From positions 1 through 26,709 of IMG/VR virus record IMGVR_UViG_3300030116_006104: 26,709 nt of DNA; one strand, 5' to 3'. The stretch is from a virus. Its lineage: Duplodnaviria > Caudoviricetes. Below are positions 18,161 through 25,463 of the stretch, piece after piece; within the stretch, counting starts at the first letter, position 1; each line of letters opens with the position of its first letter. The notes below the pieces were generated by a model. It saw only the letters and a program-made list of their open reading frames with translations. It was not told the DNA's origin and made no database searches. The translations under genes were made by a program, and so were the position numbers.

Positions 18161-18536
18161 TACATTCAGAGGACCTATGTTGGATGTCACTTCGACAGAC
18201 CTAACAACTTTAATAACTGTGCCAACAGCTAATCCGGGTGCTACACCACCTGTTCCGCCAACTACTATAATAATTAAATCTTTAATTGTTTGTAATGATT
18301 CTGGTAGTGCTACACTTTTGGACGTACAAACAGTTAGAAGTTCTGCAACATTTAAACAGTTTCACCAAAAAAGCATAGCTGCAGGAGCAACGGTGGATTT
18401 ATTAAATCAGCACGACGGAATTACTGGAGGCATGATTGTCTTGCAAGAATCTGACGTGTTGAAAGTACAAGCTAACGCAGCGAATCAAGTTCACATAACT
18501 GTAGCTGATATGGAGGTTACGAAAGGTCAACTGTAA
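18153..18536 (+). CDS. Putative small virion structural protein (127 aa, TTG start)
   Basis: GGAGGG RBS before TTG; TTIIIKSLIVCND...VLQESDVLKVQA beta-sandwich-like pattern. Confidence 0.7.
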   Translation: MANTFRGPMLDVTSTDLTTLITVPTANPGATPPVPPTTIIIKSLIVCNDSGSATLLDVQTVRSSATFKQFHQKSIAAGATVDLLNQHDGITGGMIVLQESDVLKVQANAANQVHITVADMEVTKGQL

Positions 18537-18547
18537 GGAGAAAAAGA

Positions 18548-19138
18548 ATGGATTTACAATCACTATTTATTACGCCTGTCATGATGACAGAAATTAAAGG
18601 TCATGGTCATTTAATAGATAGACTTTACGAACTAAAAGCTAAAGATGAAAAAGGTCTGCCAAGGTCAAATCAAGGAGGTTGGCACAGTCACGACAAGCTT
18701 TACAAGGACGAAGAATTTAAACCTGTTGTAGGTGATATTTTATTTGCAGCTAATGAGTGTTTTAATCATTTAGGGGTTATAGATAAATACGTGCCTGAAA
18801 TGGCAGATTTATGGGGCATAATTAATCCACCCGGATCTAGAAATAATGTACACACACATCCTAACAGTTACCTGTCTGGAGTTTACTATCTAAAAGTACC
18901 CCCTAAATGCGGTAATTTAGTGTTTCTAGAGCCTAAACCACAGGCAGAGGTGTTATCACCCCCAAAAATAACAGATCACTCCATACACCTCGCTCATAGC
19001 GTACAATGGGAACCAAAAGAAAATTCATTGATTTTTTTCCCATCATGGTTACAACATGAGGTTAAAATAAATAATTCTAAAGAAGATAGGGTTATTTTAA
19101 GTTTTAATATTCATTGGAGGGATAATGCCGATAATTGA
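18548..19138 (+). CDS. Putative 2OG-Fe(II) oxygenase (TIGR02466 family)
   Basis: RSNQGGWHS, WGIINPPGSRNNVHTHPNSYLSGVYYLKVP, LIFFPSWLQHEV, RVILSFN; AAGGAG RBS. Confidence 0.9.
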   Translation: MDLQSLFITPVMMTEIKGHGHLIDRLYELKAKDEKGLPRSNQGGWHSHDKLYKDEEFKPVVGDILFAANECFNHLGVIDKYVPEMADLWGIINPPGSRNNVHTHPNSYLSGVYYLKVPPKCGNLVFLEPKPQAEVLSPPKITDHSIHLAHSVQWEPKENSLIFFPSWLQHEVKINNSKEDRVILSFNIHWRDNADN

Positions 19139-19376
19139 ACCCGCAGAACAAATAGGAACTGTTACATTAGAAGATGGAAGAGTTATTCCTAGATATAAAG
19201 TAAAAACTGAAACAACATTAACAAATGTAGATACTGGTCAGGAATACGAATCAGAAGAAGCTATGCAGGCTGACATAGATGATCCAAACACTTCAACAAC
19301 TGCTGAAAAGATCAGACGAGATGTTAAAGTATTTGCTCCATCATTAAAAGATATGCTTGGTCAAACACCTAAATAG
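19125..19376 (+). CDS. Conserved acidic hypothetical phage protein (83 aa)
   Basis: GGAGGG RBS; TGQEYESEE...DIDDPNTST pattern; overlaps both neighbours. Confidence 0.7.
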   Translation: MPIIEPAEQIGTVTLEDGRVIPRYKVKTETTLTNVDTGQEYESEEAMQADIDDPNTSTTAEKIRRDVKVFAPSLKDMLGQTPK

Positions 19377-19873
19377 TGTCAAGTATATTTGTAAAAGAAA
19401 ATTTTTTTAATAACGACATATATACCAAAATTGTAAACGAGATGGTGAGCATAGAGTATGCTCCACCTGAAGCTGAAATAAGAAAAGCATTCGATGGCAC
19501 TTTTTGGCACGTACATTATTTACCAGATAATTGTGAGTTACAAATCGTAATAAAAAAATTAATACAAGAACACTTTCATTACGAAATTTCTAAATACGTT
19601 TATCCTTCTCTTTACACTATGGTAGGAGCTACTGATAAACCAAGACCACACATTGATTTAAATAAAGGATGCACTCATCAATGTTTAATTTATATGCACG
19701 GTCCTAAATCAATTAATAATGGCACAGGTTTTTATAAAGATGGTGAACTAGACATGCATGTTGGTTTTAAACCAAATAGAGCTATCTTTTTTACATCCGA
19801 TGTTTATCACACTCCTCTTCAATGGAATGGCAATGGATCTTTTAGATATTCTATTAATAACTTTTTTACTTAG
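19376..19873 (+). CDS. Putative 2OG-Fe(II) oxygenase (HxD type)
   Basis: PRPHID, CLIYM, NGTGFY, GFKPNRAIFF.S..YHTP, RYSINNF. Confidence 0.75.
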   Translation: MSSIFVKENFFNNDIYTKIVNEMVSIEYAPPEAEIRKAFDGTFWHVHYLPDNCELQIVIKKLIQEHFHYEISKYVYPSLYTMVGATDKPRPHIDLNKGCTHQCLIYMHGPKSINNGTGFYKDGELDMHVGFKPNRAIFFTSDVYHTPLQWNGNGSFRYSINNFFT

Positions 19874-20024
19874 GTTTTTTACAATCACAATCATCACAAC
19901 AATGCTGCTCTGTGTTCTTCATGTGTCTTTCAGTATCTCTTTCTACAGCTAATAGTCTTTCGTGATATTTGCTCACCTTATCTGCAAGGTAGGCAATGGC
20001 TTTATTTATGTCTTCGTTTTCCAT
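19866..20024 (-). CDS. 52 aa Cys-rich mini-protein (not in the ORF track)
   Basis: Manual translation MENEDINKAIAYLADKVSKYHERLLAVERDTERHMKNTEQHCCDDCDCKKPK; AGGAGA RBS just upstream of the ATG; own candidate promoter. Confidence 0.8.
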   Translation of the reverse strand: MENEDINKAIAYLADKVSKYHERLLAVERDTERHMKNTEQHCCDDCDCKKPK

Positions 20025-20060
20025 ATTTTCTCCTATGATTGTTAATTTTGGTGAGAACCT

Positions 20061-20088
20061 AATGTAAGCATATTTTTCTGTTCTGCAA
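20061..20088 (-). promoter_or_regulatory. Candidate promoter for the 52 aa gene
   Basis: TTGCAG (20088-20083), 16 nt spacer, TACATT (20066-20061); the -35 lies within a 7 bp inverted repeat. Confidence 0.45.
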
Positions 20089-20100
20089 CAGAATTTTTTT
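20076..20100 (+). terminator. Possible weak intrinsic terminator or operator palindrome
   Basis: TTCTGTT-CTGC-AACAGAA followed by T7; the stem has only two G-C pairs. Confidence 0.35.
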
Positions 20101-20111
20101 AAATTGTTTTC

Positions 20112-20145
20112 TTGACAAAAATTTGATATAGGTGCTTAAAAAAGA
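20112..20145 (+). promoter_or_regulatory. Candidate promoter for the 20146-21948 operon
   Basis: Perfect TTGACA at 20112-20117; -10 is unclear; the ATG at 20146 has no SD and lies where a transcription start would fall. Confidence 0.4.
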
Positions 20146-20739
20146 ATGAACAAAACATTTCTAAGTGGTAGAATTATAAAAAGATACGAAATTCCTCTTA
20201 AAGAAATAGAAGAATTAAATAATGCCTTTGATGAATCCAAGAATAACTTAGAAGATAAAGGACCTAAGTTAGCGGGCAGAATGGACACTGAGCTAAGTGT
20301 TATAGATTTTGTACCGGGGCTTCCAATTATGTATACATTACGAAGTTACATGAATGATTATATAATGTCGATGAATCACTTTGGTTTAATCGATACTCCT
20401 GTTTTAGATTTAAACATAACATCTATGTGGATCAATGACATGAAGCCAAATGAATACAATCCTCCTCATACACATCATGATAAAACAGGTTGGTCAACAG
20501 TAATGTTTTTAAAAGTTCCAAACTTAATTAATGACGTCAAACATGAACATAAATTTAGAGATGGTTCATTAGGTTTTATTTATCCTCGAGATTCTGTAAA
20601 TTTTTTTCAACCTGTAGTTGGTCATTTTTATATTTTTGAGGCCTCTCACATGCATATGGTTTTTCCATTTAAAACAAATGATAAAGACCCTATTAGAAGA
20701 TCAATGTCTTTTAATTTTGTAGGTAAAAAAATTGTTTGA
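20146..20739 (+). CDS. Putative 2OG-Fe(II) oxygenase (PF13759-like)
   Basis: KLAGRM, SMWINDM, YNPPHTHHD, WSTVMFLKVP, GHFYIFEASHMHMVFPF, RRSMSFN; paralogous motifs to the 11322 gene. Confidence 0.85.
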   Translation: MNKTFLSGRIIKRYEIPLKEIEELNNAFDESKNNLEDKGPKLAGRMDTELSVIDFVPGLPIMYTLRSYMNDYIMSMNHFGLIDTPVLDLNITSMWINDMKPNEYNPPHTHHDKTGWSTVMFLKVPNLINDVKHEHKFRDGSLGFIYPRDSVNFFQPVVGHFYIFEASHMHMVFPFKTNDKDPIRRSMSFNFVGKKIV

Positions 20740-21415
20740 AAATAAAATTAAATTTATTGCGACAGATGGGAATATGAAAGATATTTGGCCAAACCCAAAA
20801 CCAGCATCAAGATTTATACCTGACGAATACAAAAAACTTAAAAGATTCAAAGATGACAACTTGCATGATCCTACGGTAAAAACATGTGTGCCATTTCTTG
20901 ATTCTTTGATTCTAGGTTACATCATACCATTTGATCAAGACTACTTAGTGGATCCAATAGAAAATGATTTTTCTGTAACGCCAGCTAATAAAAATGCCTC
21001 TTCTGAATTTCACGATAAAGAACAATTACCTAAAGAGTGGCAGAAAATTTCTGGAGAAAAAGTCGGTAAATTTATGAATAAATGGCTTATCAAAACACCA
21101 CCGGGTTATAGTTGTTTATTTGTACAGCCAATGAACAGGATGGAAGAAAGATTTGATATTATTCCGGGAGTAGTCGACACAGATACATATCTTAATTTAA
21201 TAAATTTTCCCTACTTTCTTAAAAAAAGAGATGAACAATTTTTATTTAAAAGAGGTGAGCCAATGGTGCAAGTTATACCCTTTAAAAGAGAACCATGGAA
21301 AATGTGGTCAGGATTTTATTATGAAAAGGCACATAGTAAAATTCTAAATATTTTAAATAATGAATGGATGGATAGATATAAGAAATATTTTTGGAGCAAA
21401 AAATCTTTTAAATGA
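20732..21415 (+). CDS. DUF6065-like hypothetical protein (possibly dUTPase-like fold)
   Basis: TVKTCVPFLD, KFMNKWLIKTPPGYSCLF, PGVVDTDTY, KRGEPMVQVIPFKRE; family recalled as a frequent neighbour of phage 2OG oxygenases. Confidence 0.6.
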   Translation: MFENKIKFIATDGNMKDIWPNPKPASRFIPDEYKKLKRFKDDNLHDPTVKTCVPFLDSLILGYIIPFDQDYLVDPIENDFSVTPANKNASSEFHDKEQLPKEWQKISGEKVGKFMNKWLIKTPPGYSCLFVQPMNRMEERFDIIPGVVDTDTYLNLINFPYFLKKRDEQFLFKRGEPMVQVIPFKREPWKMWSGFYYEKAHSKILNILNNEWMDRYKKYFWSKKSFK

Positions 21416-21948
21416 TAAATCTCACAGACTACATCAAATGCTACGATAATATTCTTGATCAAGAAACACGTACAAATATTATAAACAACATTAACTTTAA
21501 TGATTTTGAAAGAGCAAGGATAGATGACGACACAACAGAATCTAGTTACAGAAACTGTTATCAAAATAGATTAAATAATGATTTTGATAAAAAAATTTAC
21601 GAGGGTGTAGGTAAAGTTTTAAGAAAATATGCTCAAACTTTTCAACATTTTGGTACAGGATTAACAACAGAAGACACAGGATATATTCATTTGATTTACA
21701 AAGGATCTGAAAAAGGTGAATACAAAACACATACTGACCATTTTGATTTACATCCAAGGGTTTTAAGTTGTTCTTTTATTTTAAATGATGAATACGACGG
21801 TGGTGATTTTTCTTTTTTTGAGGGTGAGCATATTGTGAAAAAGAAAGCTGGAAGTGTCGTAGTATTTCCTAGTAATTTTTGTTTTCCTCATGCAGTTATG
21901 CCCGTTACTAACGGAGATAGACACGCAATTATTACTTGGATTCGTTAA
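21412..21948 (+). CDS. 2OG-Fe(II) oxygenase, prolyl-4-hydroxylase-like (PF13640-like)
   Basis: YKTHTD (HxD), RVLSCSFILNDEYDGGDF, GSVVVFPSNF.FPHAVMPV..GDRHAIITW. Confidence 0.9.
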   Translation: MINLTDYIKCYDNILDQETRTNIINNINFNDFERARIDDDTTESSYRNCYQNRLNNDFDKKIYEGVGKVLRKYAQTFQHFGTGLTTEDTGYIHLIYKGSEKGEYKTHTDHFDLHPRVLSCSFILNDEYDGGDFSFFEGEHIVKKKAGSVVVFPSNFCFPHAVMPVTNGDRHAIITWIR

Positions 21949-21953
21949 TTTAA

Positions 21954-22400
21954 TTAAGAATAATTTTCGTCAAAGTCAATCCATGTCTTTGACCAATCAA
22001 TATGAGAGGCTGTAGCACTATTACCCGGATGAAAATCTTCAGCTTGGTTTCCATCGTCAACCCATTTAGTAAATGCGTTTTCTTCGTAGTTATCACGATC
22101 TAACCTAGCACTTTGAATTTGACCTTTTCTAGTTTCTCCCCATGTTAACAAAGCAGCTATTGTCGTAGATCCGACTGCATCACTTGTAGATGATAATGAA
22201 GTATTACCAGTCATCATTCCTGTTGATGCATCTTTGTTTTGAATTTCATTTGGACCTGCGAGATTGTTATAAATAACAGCATGAATTGTATTTGGTACCC
22301 AACCATCTACCCAATCTTTACCTTTGTCTGCCCAACTTATTCTGTAAGAATCATCTAACAAAATTGAGCTACCGTTATGTATTACAATTTGTGTTGCCAT
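21954..22400 (-). CDS. Tail-fibre-associated hypothetical protein (148 aa)
   Basis: GGAGA RBS favours ATG 22400; immediately follows the collar-domain gene. Confidence 0.6.
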   Translation of the reverse strand: MATQIVIHNGSSILLDDSYRISWADKGKDWVDGWVPNTIHAVIYNNLAGPNEIQNKDASTGMMTGNTSLSSTSDAVGSTTIAALLTWGETRKGQIQSARLDRDNYEENAFTKWVDDGNQAEDFHPGNSATASHIDWSKTWIDFDENYS

Positions 22401-22409
22401 CAATGTCTC

Positions 22410-23096
22410 CTAATGTTTAATTATGTAGTTAACCACCACAAAAGGTGAAAATGAATTTGTTCCAGAAGCCGTAACAGAACCAGTTAAGTTTGTTGTAATA
22501 TTACCTGTTAAAGTTCCTGATAAAGTATGACTATGGTTATGACCTGTACCTGATCCAGAATTAGTAAATTGAATATTTGCAGATTGTTCAGTAGCCAATG
22601 AAATAGTAAATGGCGAGTTTTGACTTCTACCTTGACCCGGTCTATAAAAACCAGTGAACCCACGACCTGCCATCATCGAACCACCCGTACCTGATTGAGT
22701 AAAAATAGGATGACCGTGACTTGCTAACTGTGCTTCTGTTAAAGATGTATTGTCAATACTACCTGTAATAGTTACAGATTGTGTAGAAGTAGACGTTGCA
22801 GCTTTGTTGTCTGTTACAGAAACGGTAACAGTATTTGCTCCACCTGTGCCTGCTAAGTTGTATGTGTTTCCATCAAAACCTTGAGGCATTTTACCTTGTA
22901 GATTAGGAACATTAAAAGTAGTTGAGTCATCACCTGTGCCGTAAGTAGTTCCAACAACTGCAAATAAATCTGCATAAGTTGTTCTTGAAACGGCTGAGCC
23001 ATCACACAACAAATAACCATCTGGAGCTGTTGCTTTTGTCCAAGGCTTGATAGCCCCTACTTCACTTCTGTTTACTATATCTTGTAAGTTAGCCAT
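22410..23096 (-). CDS. Short tail fibre with phage tail collar domain
   Basis: VGAIKPW...APDGYLLCDGSAVSRTTYADLFAVVGTTYG.GD.STTFNVPNLQG; LTEAQLASHGH, HNHSH; C-terminal PFVVVNYIIKH. Confidence 0.9.
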   Translation of the reverse strand: MANLQDIVNRSEVGAIKPWTKATAPDGYLLCDGSAVSRTTYADLFAVVGTTYGTGDDSTTFNVPNLQGKMPQGFDGNTYNLAGTGGANTVTVSVTDNKAATSTSTQSVTITGSIDNTSLTEAQLASHGHPIFTQSGTGGSMMAGRGFTGFYRPGQGRSQNSPFTISLATEQSANIQFTNSGSGTGHNHSHTLSGTLTGNITTNLTGSVTASGTNSFSPFVVVNYIIKH

Positions 23097-23098
23097 AA

Positions 23099-23827
23099 TT
23101 AATCGTTATACTTTAATAACCAACCGTTGTCACTGTCATAAAACACCAACGCTATACCAGCACGATTAGTTGAAATTGTTAAATCTGATGTTGCACCTTG
23201 TATTTTAGAACCATTTCTTGCAACAGTAATATTGTTGGTTCCTGATGTACCGTGTGAATCAATTATTTTAACTTGGTTTCCTATTGAAGGAGAAGCAGGT
23301 AAAGTAATAGTTACAGCAGTGCCAGACGTATCAACAAATATGTTGTCCCCATCTGAAGCTGTGTAGTTACCACTTTTTTCAATCCAAGATTCACCTAAAC
23401 CAGCGAGTGTAAAAATATCATACCAATTAGTTCCGTCAGTAGAAACTAATCTGTATTTTCCATTTGTTATTGTAACTGTGTTTCCAGTAGCGCCCAATCT
23501 TGCAGTTACATCAGCGCCACCTGAAATGTTGTTATAAAGTCCGTAAGTTTTTTGTGTAGTTGGAAACTGTACTATGTGAGTAGTAGAAATAGTTCCAGAA
23601 AAAATTATTTGGTTTTGTCTTGCTTCATTGTTAGCTTGAGATTGTGGACCATCATTATTTGTTAAAGTGGTAGGCCCTGTTCCAGAAAGAGTTTTTGCAT
23701 AAACACCAGCAATAGCAAATTCAAATACTTGAGAAAAATTGTTATTAGTAATAGTACCCCAAGTTCCTGAATTTTCTCCAGTAGTTTGCAGCTCTATTCT
23801 TAAACCTGTCGAATAAGTTGATGCCAT
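23099..23827 (-). CDS. Tail fibre / tail structural protein (242 aa)
   Basis: MASTYS..LRIELQTTGENSGTWG.ITN.N head; C-terminal VDTSGTAVTITLPASPSIGNQVKIID..NNITVARNGSKIQG module typical of phage fibres. Confidence 0.8.
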   Translation of the reverse strand: MASTYSTGLRIELQTTGENSGTWGTITNNNFSQVFEFAIAGVYAKTLSGTGPTTLTNNDGPQSQANNEARQNQIIFSGTISTTHIVQFPTTQKTYGLYNNISGGADVTARLGATGNTVTITNGKYRLVSTDGTNWYDIFTLAGLGESWIEKSGNYTASDGDNIFVDTSGTAVTITLPASPSIGNQVKIIDSHGTSGTNNITVARNGSKIQGATSDLTISTNRAGIALVFYDSDNGWLLKYND

Positions 23828-23844
23828 TTAATCTCCTAATTTAA

Positions 23845-23879
23845 AATTTAATGATTAATTTAAAGTTTGTCAAAACTTT
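23845..23879 (-). promoter_or_regulatory. Sigma70-like internal promoter for tail-fibre genes, -35 centred in a palindrome
   Basis: TTGACA (23873-23868), 17 nt spacer, TAAATT (23850-23845); AAAGTTT-4nt-AAACTTT inverted repeat at 23862-23879; AGGAGA RBS downstream. Confidence 0.7.
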
Positions 23880-24997
23880 TATGCAGCTTTGTGAACTTCC
23901 GTCCAGGTTATTCCGCTGTTTGAGTCATCTACTTGTGACCAGAAGGTCCCTTGTAAAGTACCAGTTGCACTTGTAACAGAAACTCCTGTTATTGTAAAGC
24001 TTACATCTGTACGAATATTTAATGTGCCTGCAGTAGATGTGATGGATACACTAGGCGCTTCGTAGCTAGTTTCTTGTGATTCTTCTCCTAATGCTGAGGT
24101 TAAACCTAAACCAGTAGGTGTAACTGTAGCTCCAGCAGATAGAGTGACATCACCAACTGAAGATGTTAATTCATTACCTGTAGCATCAACCGACGCTGTT
24201 CCAGTAGGTGTTTCATCTCCTAGAGAAGAGGTTAAACCTACGCCAGAAAGTGTCACGTTACTGTCTCCAGTGACAACCTCCGTGCCAAGACTTGGTGTAA
24301 TTACGTTACCTACTGGAAACGCTGTTTTACCTATTTGTATTGTTACTTGACCAACAAGTGCATCTACTTCTGGTTCAGAAGCTGCAACAACTGTTAACTG
24401 TGAATCACCGGTTATTGAAAAAGTTCCTATTGATGAAGTAGCTTGTGTGCCTGTTACAAATATTGATGTGCCAGGGGTATTAGTAGAAGATGTTAAACTT
24501 ACTCCAGATGGTGTTACATCAGCGTTAGCAGCTACAGTAGGAGTTCCTAAAGATGATGTTAATGCGTTACCACTAAAACCATATGATTGTTGCGTGGTGC
24601 CCCAAAGGTTATCTGACCATCCTAGTGATACGCCACTATCACCAGCGACACCTCTGTTCCAACCAGATTGTGCTAATGTTTCAACTGACTCTTCACCAAT
24701 AGAAGAGGTTAGTGCATTGCCAGAAGCAGTAACTGTTGAAGTCCCTGTAACTGTTAAAGATCCAAAAGATGAAGTTAGTGGATTGCCTACAGCAATCACC
24801 TCTGCAACACCAGTTCCAACCGCTGTCCCTGTAGATGAAGTTGTCCCTATCCCCGTTAGGGTAATATTACAATCACCTGTAAGTGTAAGCGATCCTAGTG
24901 CAGATGAGAGGCCATTACCTGTAGCGTCTACGGGTGCAAAGGTATCCCAAGCACCCGAATTCCAGGTTTGTCGGCCCCATCCTTGAAGAGAGGCCAT
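23879..24997 (-). CDS. Thr/Ser/Gly-rich repetitive virion structural protein (372 aa)
   Basis: Repeated G-x-x-LTSS-x-G-x-x-T-V units with ~20 aa period, plus Trp-periodic segments (WGRQTWNSGAW, GWSDNLWG); AGGAGA RBS. Confidence 0.75.
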   Translation of the reverse strand: MASLQGWGRQTWNSGAWDTFAPVDATGNGLSSALGSLTLTGDCNITLTGIGTTSSTGTAVGTGVAEVIAVGNPLTSSFGSLTVTGTSTVTASGNALTSSIGEESVETLAQSGWNRGVAGDSGVSLGWSDNLWGTTQQSYGFSGNALTSSLGTPTVAANADVTPSGVSLTSSTNTPGTSIFVTGTQATSSIGTFSITGDSQLTVVAASEPEVDALVGQVTIQIGKTAFPVGNVITPSLGTEVVTGDSNVTLSGVGLTSSLGDETPTGTASVDATGNELTSSVGDVTLSAGATVTPTGLGLTSALGEESQETSYEAPSVSITSTAGTLNIRTDVSFTITGVSVTSATGTLQGTFWSQVDDSNSGITWTEVHKAA

Positions 24998-25007
24998 TGT
25001 TTATCTC

Positions 25008-25454
25008 CTATGCTATTCTTAAAATTGCAGCAGTCGCTTCAGCAGCAGGAAACGTAATTGTAAACGTACCAGCAGTTGAAGTTTTTACAGCACCAAAATC
25101 AAGAACACACACTGATGCGTTTGTTGTCAAACCAGATACAGTTGAGCTGTTGTAAATCACAGCAGCTTGTGCAGAAATTGTTGCACTTGTAAATGATATG
25201 TCATTAAAATCACATACAGCAGTATCACTTGATAAAGTTGGTGTAACAGATGTTAAAGTTCCACCGCCCTCAGAATAAGTTCCTGAGTTTGCTACTTCAT
25301 CAGATTGTGTGAAAGCAGTTGTTGATTTACTTAATGTTGCTTCGTTGTCGTATAGCGCAAGTTTAAAAGTATTCCCCGTCGTTGCCGTAAAATTGTGTAG
25401 GCCTTTCAGGATCTCCACTTTGAAACTGTTACAGACAGCTTGTGTAATTGCCAT
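25008..25454 (-). CDS. Conserved virion structural protein (148 aa)
   Basis: MAITQAVCNSFK.E.L.G.HNF...FKLALY...YSEGG..L...VLDFG..KTST.GTFTI.FP pattern; AGGAGA RBS. Confidence 0.8.
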   Translation of the reverse strand: MAITQAVCNSFKVEILKGLHNFTATTGNTFKLALYDNEATLSKSTTAFTQSDEVANSGTYSEGGGTLTSVTPTLSSDTAVCDFNDISFTSATISAQAAVIYNSSTVSGLTTNASVCVLDFGAVKTSTAGTFTITFPAAEATAAILRIA

Positions 25455-25463
25455 AATTATCTC

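Noticed and set aside
19758-19952. 64 aa hydrophobic (+) ORF
   Set aside because: Overlaps the 165 aa oxygenase out of frame and the (-) 52 aa gene; no RBS.
11213-20043. ATGATTGTT 9-mer near both (-) strand RBS regions (11213, 20035), and AAAAAGAATG at or near three oxygenase starts
   Set aside because: Short AT-rich words that could arise by chance; spacing to the start codons is inconsistent.
20732-21415. dUTPase call
   Set aside because: Only the general pattern resembles the fold; the five canonical dUTPase motifs are not identifiable.
11322-21948. TET/JBP-type DNA hypermodification cluster
   Set aside because: No DNA methyltransferase, thymidylate synthase homologue, kinase or recognisable TET/JBP motif in the window, and the genes sit among tail genes. 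Not excluded, but not supported.
11195-21953. Active invertible segment (Mu G-segment or shufflon type)
   Set aside because: No recombinase gene in the window and no long inverted repeats found at the candidate boundaries by eye; kept only as a probable fixed inversion.
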